Assembly: GCA_000165345.1 (NCBI GenBank)
Contig: CM000435.1
Span: forward strand, 32,001 to 96,000
DNA length: 64,000 bases
Reading direction: 5' to 3'
Shown: piece after piece, positions 58,845 to 64,000 of the stretch
Layout of the letters: each line of letters opens with the position of its first letter
Position numbering within the stretch: the first letter of the stretch is position 1
Made by a program: the position numbers and the translations under genes
The notes under the pieces: model-generated
Seen by the model: only the letters and a program-made list of their open reading frames with translations
What the model was told of the DNA's origin: nothing
Databases searched by the model: none

Positions 58845-60584
58845 ATGGGGGAAGATCAAGAGTGGAGTGATTCAAGTTATGTTTTAAGAAGAAAGTATCG
58901 ATTATATTGGATTGCAATATTAAGAAATGCTCCAGAAGGACTTGAAGGATTATATGATAGATTTTCAAAATGGAGCGTTTCGTTAGGATTTTCATTACCA
59001 AATTTAGTAGAAGAGTCAGAGGAGTTGTGTATACAAAGAGGGGAAAAGAAAGTTTACAAAATTAGTTTTCCATCTAGAAGCTCTACAAGAAGCTTTATAA
59101 GACTATCAAAGCGTAATATATGGAGGGAAATATCAAGAGACAGTTATAGTGAATTATATGTATATTGTGATCCTGCATATAAATTAAGGCCATTTTGTGA
59201 TTTTCAAACAATGAATTTATCAACATGTTATTGGATAATAAGAGGAATTTCTAAAGATATTGAAAACGAAGAGATGATATGGGATTTAGTAGGACGAAGG
59301 AACCAATTTGGTGAATTCTTGAGGAGAGTAGTGTACATTAGAGATGAAGAAGGAAACAATGGTTTTTGTTTCTTGCAGTTTTCCTCACCTCTAACATCAT
59401 ATAGAGCTTTAAAGTGGGAACTTAAACATTTTAAAGGATTTGAACTTGCTCACGGTAAAAAAATGTATTTAACTCCAGAATTTGTTGGTACAAGCCATGT
59501 AAAGGCATTACTACTATTATGTAGAGGATTAGATAAGTTTGAGATAAAAACACTAAAGACAGTAGAAATGAGTTTGAATGATTTAAGAAACTCTGATAGA
59601 TTAAATGGCGAAAATGCGATTTCTCATGAAAAAGTTTTGCAAGGATATTTAAACTTTTGGAAGAGATCAAATGGTTTACCAGTTCCAGTAGATAGAAACT
59701 CAGAATTTCAATACAATTATGATGAGAGGAATGAATACATGTATAGGGAAGCTCTTTATAATAGTGGGATAGATTTATTCCCAAAAAAACCGATTAGACT
59801 TTATTACTGCAAATCTTTGGATTTTCTTTGGGACTGGAATAGTCGTATTTTTATAGATTGCCAAAGTAAATCACTTTTTGAGTTTGATCCTGAACTTCAA
59901 AGTCTCAAGTTTATTTACAACTCAGGTGAATTGTCTCGATTATCGAATGTTGGGGTCGGCTCAACTTATGGCGAAATTATATGTGATAGAAATAATCGAG
60001 AAGATTTTCAAATAAAAGCACAAATTTCACAGGAAAAGCTCAAAAAAGAAAGAGAAATAAGAGTGGCCTCTTTTCTTGAAACTGCAAGGTCTCAGCTAAA
60101 TTGCAACATGAATACTAACAACATATATAAGAACTCAGTAGAAGAAGGATACGACTCAAAAAGACAGGAGATAACGCAGTTTTTCGATATTTCAAGTAAC
60201 GTAACTTACGAAAAGAGTGGAACCTATACAAGTCAAAGAACCGAGCCACGAACTCCTACTTGCCAAAACTCAAGTCCTGGGGTTCAAAGCTCATGCATAG
60301 CCAACGCATGCGCGGTTCCCGCCACATGCGAGTCTGAAAGTGTGGACGCGCGGAATATGTGCATGTGGTCAGTTTCTGATGGTGGAGTTACGGAGGGAAC
60401 AATAGGGGAGGAGATTGGTCAGGTAAAGAGTGGAAGTAAAAGCGGGGGCACAAAGGAGGAGGAGTTGATATGTTTTGTGTGTTGCAGGGCTTTTGGATCG
60501 ATTTGGGAAAAAGTGAATCATGAACAAAATTCATTGTTGCATAAGTATAATCTGGAGATATGGAAGGTTGGGAGCGAGCGATAG
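58845..60584 (+). CDS. Hypothetical nucleic-acid-binding protein ending in a matrin/U1-type C2H2 zinc finger
   Basis: 579-aa ORF with an ATG start. The C-terminal finger CFVCCRAFGSIWEKVNHEQNSLLHKYN fits C-x2-C-x12-H-x5/6-H. The N-terminal 200 aa are globular and of unrecognised family. A Cys-rich patch (CIANACAVPATCESESVDARNMCMW) precedes the finger. Confidence 0.4.
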   Translation: MGEDQEWSDSSYVLRRKYRLYWIAILRNAPEGLEGLYDRFSKWSVSLGFSLPNLVEESEELCIQRGEKKVYKISFPSRSSTRSFIRLSKRNIWREISRDSYSELYVYCDPAYKLRPFCDFQTMNLSTCYWIIRGISKDIENEEMIWDLVGRRNQFGEFLRRVVYIRDEEGNNGFCFLQFSSPLTSYRALKWELKHFKGFELAHGKKMYLTPEFVGTSHVKALLLLCRGLDKFEIKTLKTVEMSLNDLRNSDRLNGENAISHEKVLQGYLNFWKRSNGLPVPVDRNSEFQYNYDERNEYMYREALYNSGIDLFPKKPIRLYYCKSLDFLWDWNSRIFIDCQSKSLFEFDPELQSLKFIYNSGELSRLSNVGVGSTYGEIICDRNNREDFQIKAQISQEKLKKEREIRVASFLETARSQLNCNMNTNNIYKNSVEEGYDSKRQEITQFFDISSNVTYEKSGTYTSQRTEPRTPTCQNSSPGVQSSCIANACAVPATCESESVDARNMCMWSVSDGGVTEGTIGEEIGQVKSGSKSGGTKEEELICFVCCRAFGSIWEKVNHEQNSLLHKYNLEIWKVGSER

Positions 60585-60659
60585 TATGAATTATAAATAA
60601 ATAATTAGTAGAATTATATATGTATATGTATGAATATATATATACATCAATTTAGTTCC

Positions 60660-61817
60660 TTAAAGGAACTTGAATGTAACCTGTTCGAGTATTTTCTCTT
60701 GAACAATATTGTCAATGTTGTTGGAGGTGTTGTCAATAGAGGTAACTGAGGATAGTTTTCCAATAGTTTTGACAAGATAACTTTGAATTTCTCTAATATT
60801 GTCAATGTTGTTATGATATTTTGAGTTTAGGATTCCCTTGCTTCTTTGTTGAAATCTTTGTATGTGTTCTTCAATATCTTGAATATATATTAGAAAAGTA
60901 CTTAGATTTGCATTTTCAAGATTTGCAAGAGATTGGATTCTTTCAAACAATGAGGGGGTAATATGAACTCCTTCTAGAATGATACTTTTTTCCTTATTAA
61001 CAAAATTCTTAATAATTTCATAAATATAATCTTCTATAATTGATGATTGTATTAGGTATCCAAGCACAATAGACGATTCTGAATATTGATCCTTATATTT
61101 TTGTGTTTGTTGAGTAGTGGTATATTTATGTACTTCATAAGTTGAACAATTAAGAGCCTTGTTGTGTTTATATTTTTCTGTAGATCTCAATACGTGTCTA
61201 ATAGTATCGGTAGAAATAACGCATTTGACTCTTAAAAATGATGCCAAGTAAGAGCTTATAGTGCTTTTTCCACTACCTGAAGTACCTGCTATTAATATAA
61301 TATTAGGTTTAACAGAAAAGTCTGAGAATAAATGAATTAGGCATTTTTTGATTAGATGATTGACTTTTTCAATTATTTCATTTTTTTGGACTTTGTTTTT
61401 CGAACAAGCAAGATATTTTTCAAATTTGCATTGAGATAACGGAAAAGAAATCAAATATGGCAAATTTTTAAAGTAGCAGAATATGCGATTAAGCTGAGAA
61501 AAATTATTATTATTTAGTATTAGATTCTCTAAATAATCCATACAAATCGATAAATCTTTGCCTGTTATTCCAGATAAAATGTATAGTTTACAAACCCAGC
61601 TTCTAGTTAAAATAACATTGTTTTTTAGAATATTATTATTATAAGAATTTTTGCAATATTTATTAGGATCTAGAAAACAGCTTTCTATATCCTTCAGAGT
61701 TAGGTTGCTTTTGGGATTGTGATGATCAAAAAACTTAAACTCATTTGAATGATTTTCGGTACTGTCCTCTTCAAATATACCCACAATTTCCCAGTCAACT
61801 TGATGGTATTTTGCCAT
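60660..61817 (-). CDS. P-loop NTPase, probably a small-molecule kinase of the 2-phosphoglycerate-kinase-like family
   Basis: 385-aa ORF with an ATG start. Walker A (IILIAGTSGSGKSTIS) is followed closely by VISTDTIRHVLRS, as in the 2-PGK-like AAA_33/zeta-toxin-type kinases. The N-terminal ~160 aa are of unrecognised family. Confidence 0.5.
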   Translation of the reverse strand: MAKYHQVDWEIVGIFEEDSTENHSNEFKFFDHHNPKSNLTLKDIESCFLDPNKYCKNSYNNNILKNNVILTRSWVCKLYILSGITGKDLSICMDYLENLILNNNNFSQLNRIFCYFKNLPYLISFPLSQCKFEKYLACSKNKVQKNEIIEKVNHLIKKCLIHLFSDFSVKPNIILIAGTSGSGKSTISSYLASFLRVKCVISTDTIRHVLRSTEKYKHNKALNCSTYEVHKYTTTQQTQKYKDQYSESSIVLGYLIQSSIIEDYIYEIIKNFVNKEKSIILEGVHITPSLFERIQSLANLENANLSTFLIYIQDIEEHIQRFQQRSKGILNSKYHNNIDNIREIQSYLVKTIGKLSSVTSIDNTSNNIDNIVQEKILEQVTFKFL

Positions 61818-62315
61818 GAAACTACGTAAAGTACCTTGCTAAAAGATTTAGTTATATTTAATTGTTTGAATTAGAGCGGCTCCTCCTTTTATTTATTTAA
61901 TATTGTTTATATATTACAATTAATTCGGAATCCCATTAAATGAGAGTATTGCGACTATTAGGGGGGGAAAATAGGATAAGAGCTGATTATTAATCATACA
62001 TTTCATGACAAAATAGAATAACTTCTCGTAATTATTCGATAGTATGTTGTATTTTAGCAAATTCAGAAATATTTATTATTTTTTTTAGCTCAATTTGGAT
62101 TATAGAAAAAAAAGACAACCCGCCAAAATTTGGAAAATTAATATTGCATGCAGAATGTGAATAGCCAGAATAACAGAAATATTGGAAGTTATCATATTTT
62201 TAATATCCAGATTGTTTTTTAAATAAATTTCAGTAGGTATGACGGAATTAAAAATTAAAATCTGGTTCAAAATCTGAACAATTTTGAGTGTTAATAGTTA
62301 TATTATTTCATTAAA

Positions 62316-62354
<39 letters not shown>

Positions 62355-62665
62355 GACTCAATTTATACCAAAAAAAGCCAAACACTATTGCTTGCATGCA
62401 ATCTCCACGTAATATTACAAGTTGCATGGCATAATAATCCACATAGTGCATGTTTCTCGCAACCCCACTTATGTAGAATTGACTTAGAAAAAAAGTACCG
62501 AGTCATTTTTTTTTCTCACTTGATTTTAATAGTAATATAATAAATTTCAAAAGTTTCAAATCTATTTCAACAGGAAATAGCAATCAAAGCAAGAGAAGTT
62601 TGTTTTGTTACTAGTTTAATACAGGGAAGATTAAAATTAACAATTGCCGGAATTTTGTGGTCAAA

Positions 62666-63709
62666 ATGAAGTTCTGTCAAAACGTATTATATATGATTTC
62701 AATAATCATTTTAGTGGTTAGAGGAGCACCCACATTGAATGTAAGAAATCCAGGAGAGCATGGTCATCCAGATTCAATGATTACAACATCAACTACTAAG
62801 GCTACACATACATTGAAATCAAACAATCAATCAACTTCAGAAGAATTATTATCAATGAAATCACTACAAAATGAACCTAATTGTGAAAACGCAGTATTCC
62901 CTTCAGAAGTTTTTGCATCTCAACCAAGAGATGACAAAGTTTACATAAAACCATCTACAATCCCAGAATCAGGATTCACAAGAGCAGGATTAACAAAGTT
63001 TACTTCTGCTTTTGGAATTCATATACTTGGTGATTATAGAGTACCTGACGATAAATTATCATATTTAACAGAATTATTAGCAAGTGTCTTAGATAATGAT
63101 CAAGATGGATTGGTAGATGCAACCCAAAATACTATTTTAGATACAATACGTTCATCCAACGCAATGATGGTTATTTTATCTGGAAATGAAGAATCTGTTG
63201 ATAAATTATTGGATCCACATGAAGGATTACCACCAGAGTACTCTTGTATGATGTTTTTACTTGTAGAACAAGCCAAAAATATTATACGTGGTGGACCACA
63301 TCAAAAGAATTGCCCACAAGATTTGGATAGAGTTAATGATAGAGGATTAGGATTTGTTGTAGATTTTATTTCTCAAGCAGCATATCCTGTCACATTTTCA
63401 TTAAATGAAGAAAGTTCTATGAGAATGGAGAATTTGTACAATTCTGCATTAAGAAAGGGATGGTTTTTACCACAGAATATTCCTGTTGCAAATAATGAGC
63501 TTTGCGATGAAGATTGTAAAAGATTATCTTTCCAATCCTGGCTTGCAACTTCAATATTAGACCAAGATAAATGTTCATGCATTAAAGCAAACGTATTCAA
63601 ATTATGTACATCTGAGGAAATCCGAAATATTTCACCAGATGATTTTGCTTACTTCGCTAGTGCATTAAAACGTCCAACGGCATATTCTTCTCCAGCTATT
63701 ATTGCTTAA
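62666..63709 (+). CDS. Hypothetical secreted protein (signal peptide, Thr/Ser-rich spacer, Cys-containing globular domain)
   Basis: The ORF-track start at 62657 is a GTG. The ATG is at 62666 (MKFCQNVLYMISIIILVVRGAP...). Predicted cleavage is after RG|AP. ...TTSTTKATHTLKSNNQSTSEE is a mucin-like spacer. I recognise no family. Confidence 0.4.
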   Translation: MKFCQNVLYMISIIILVVRGAPTLNVRNPGEHGHPDSMITTSTTKATHTLKSNNQSTSEELLSMKSLQNEPNCENAVFPSEVFASQPRDDKVYIKPSTIPESGFTRAGLTKFTSAFGIHILGDYRVPDDKLSYLTELLASVLDNDQDGLVDATQNTILDTIRSSNAMMVILSGNEESVDKLLDPHEGLPPEYSCMMFLLVEQAKNIIRGGPHQKNCPQDLDRVNDRGLGFVVDFISQAAYPVTFSLNEESSMRMENLYNSALRKGWFLPQNIPVANNELCDEDCKRLSFQSWLATSILDQDKCSCIKANVFKLCTSEEIRNISPDDFAYFASALKRPTAYSSPAIIA

Positions 63710-64000
63710 TGAATATTAGATTTACTCCACGCCTGAAGATATAATAATTCTGTTACTAATATCATCATCAAAAAGGATGAGAAGAATCTAAGATTTCCAT
63801 TTTTTTTTTCTAAAAATGTATGTGTTGTTGTATTTAAATGCGTTAAATACACCATTTTCATTTTTTTTTCTAAATAAAATAAAATAAAATTTATTATTTG
63901 GTGGAATGGCATTTCAATATTTTATTTATTTATCGCTTTCACTAAAATTCAAAATCTAGGATAATAAAGGGATTTGATGGTGGAATTACGTGTAATAATT

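Overview
AT-rich (about 70% A+T), gene-dense eukaryotic nuclear DNA using the standard genetic code (TAA, TAG and TGA all terminate ORFs). I count roughly 35 protein-coding genes on both strands, about one per 1.8 kb. Most are long intron-less ORFs, but a minority carry very short introns with GTAAGT/GTATGT/GTGAGT donors and YAG acceptors (39-92 nt, plus one of 343 nt in RPS14). The protein content points to an apicomplexan: a CCp-type multi-adhesive-domain protein (ricin B, discoidin, NEC, LCCL, levanase-like lectin and ApicA-like Cys-rich tail), a VPS10/sortilin receptor, a PKA regulatory subunit with a predicted N-terminal dual-acylation micro-exon, a GRASP homolog with an MGxxxT start, VIT1, and an HDEL-terminated BiP. 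Intergenic regions repeatedly carry GGCGCCAAA/TTTGGCGCC (E2F/DP-like) and TGCATGCA (ApiAP2-like) motifs. Taken together with the intron-poor compact layout, this is most consistent with a Cryptosporidium-like genome; that is inference from the sequence, not a database match. I found no rRNA, tRNA, transposons, telomere repeats or CRISPR arrays (none expected in a eukaryote). The supplied ORF track marks GTG/TTG/CTG starts as M for several entries and misses every spliced gene. I re-derived exon structures by hand for seven genes and found three coding loci with no usable ORF-track entry: a SulP permease N-terminus at the left edge, a 7-exon small membrane-protein gene, and a 2-exon Atg16-like gene.
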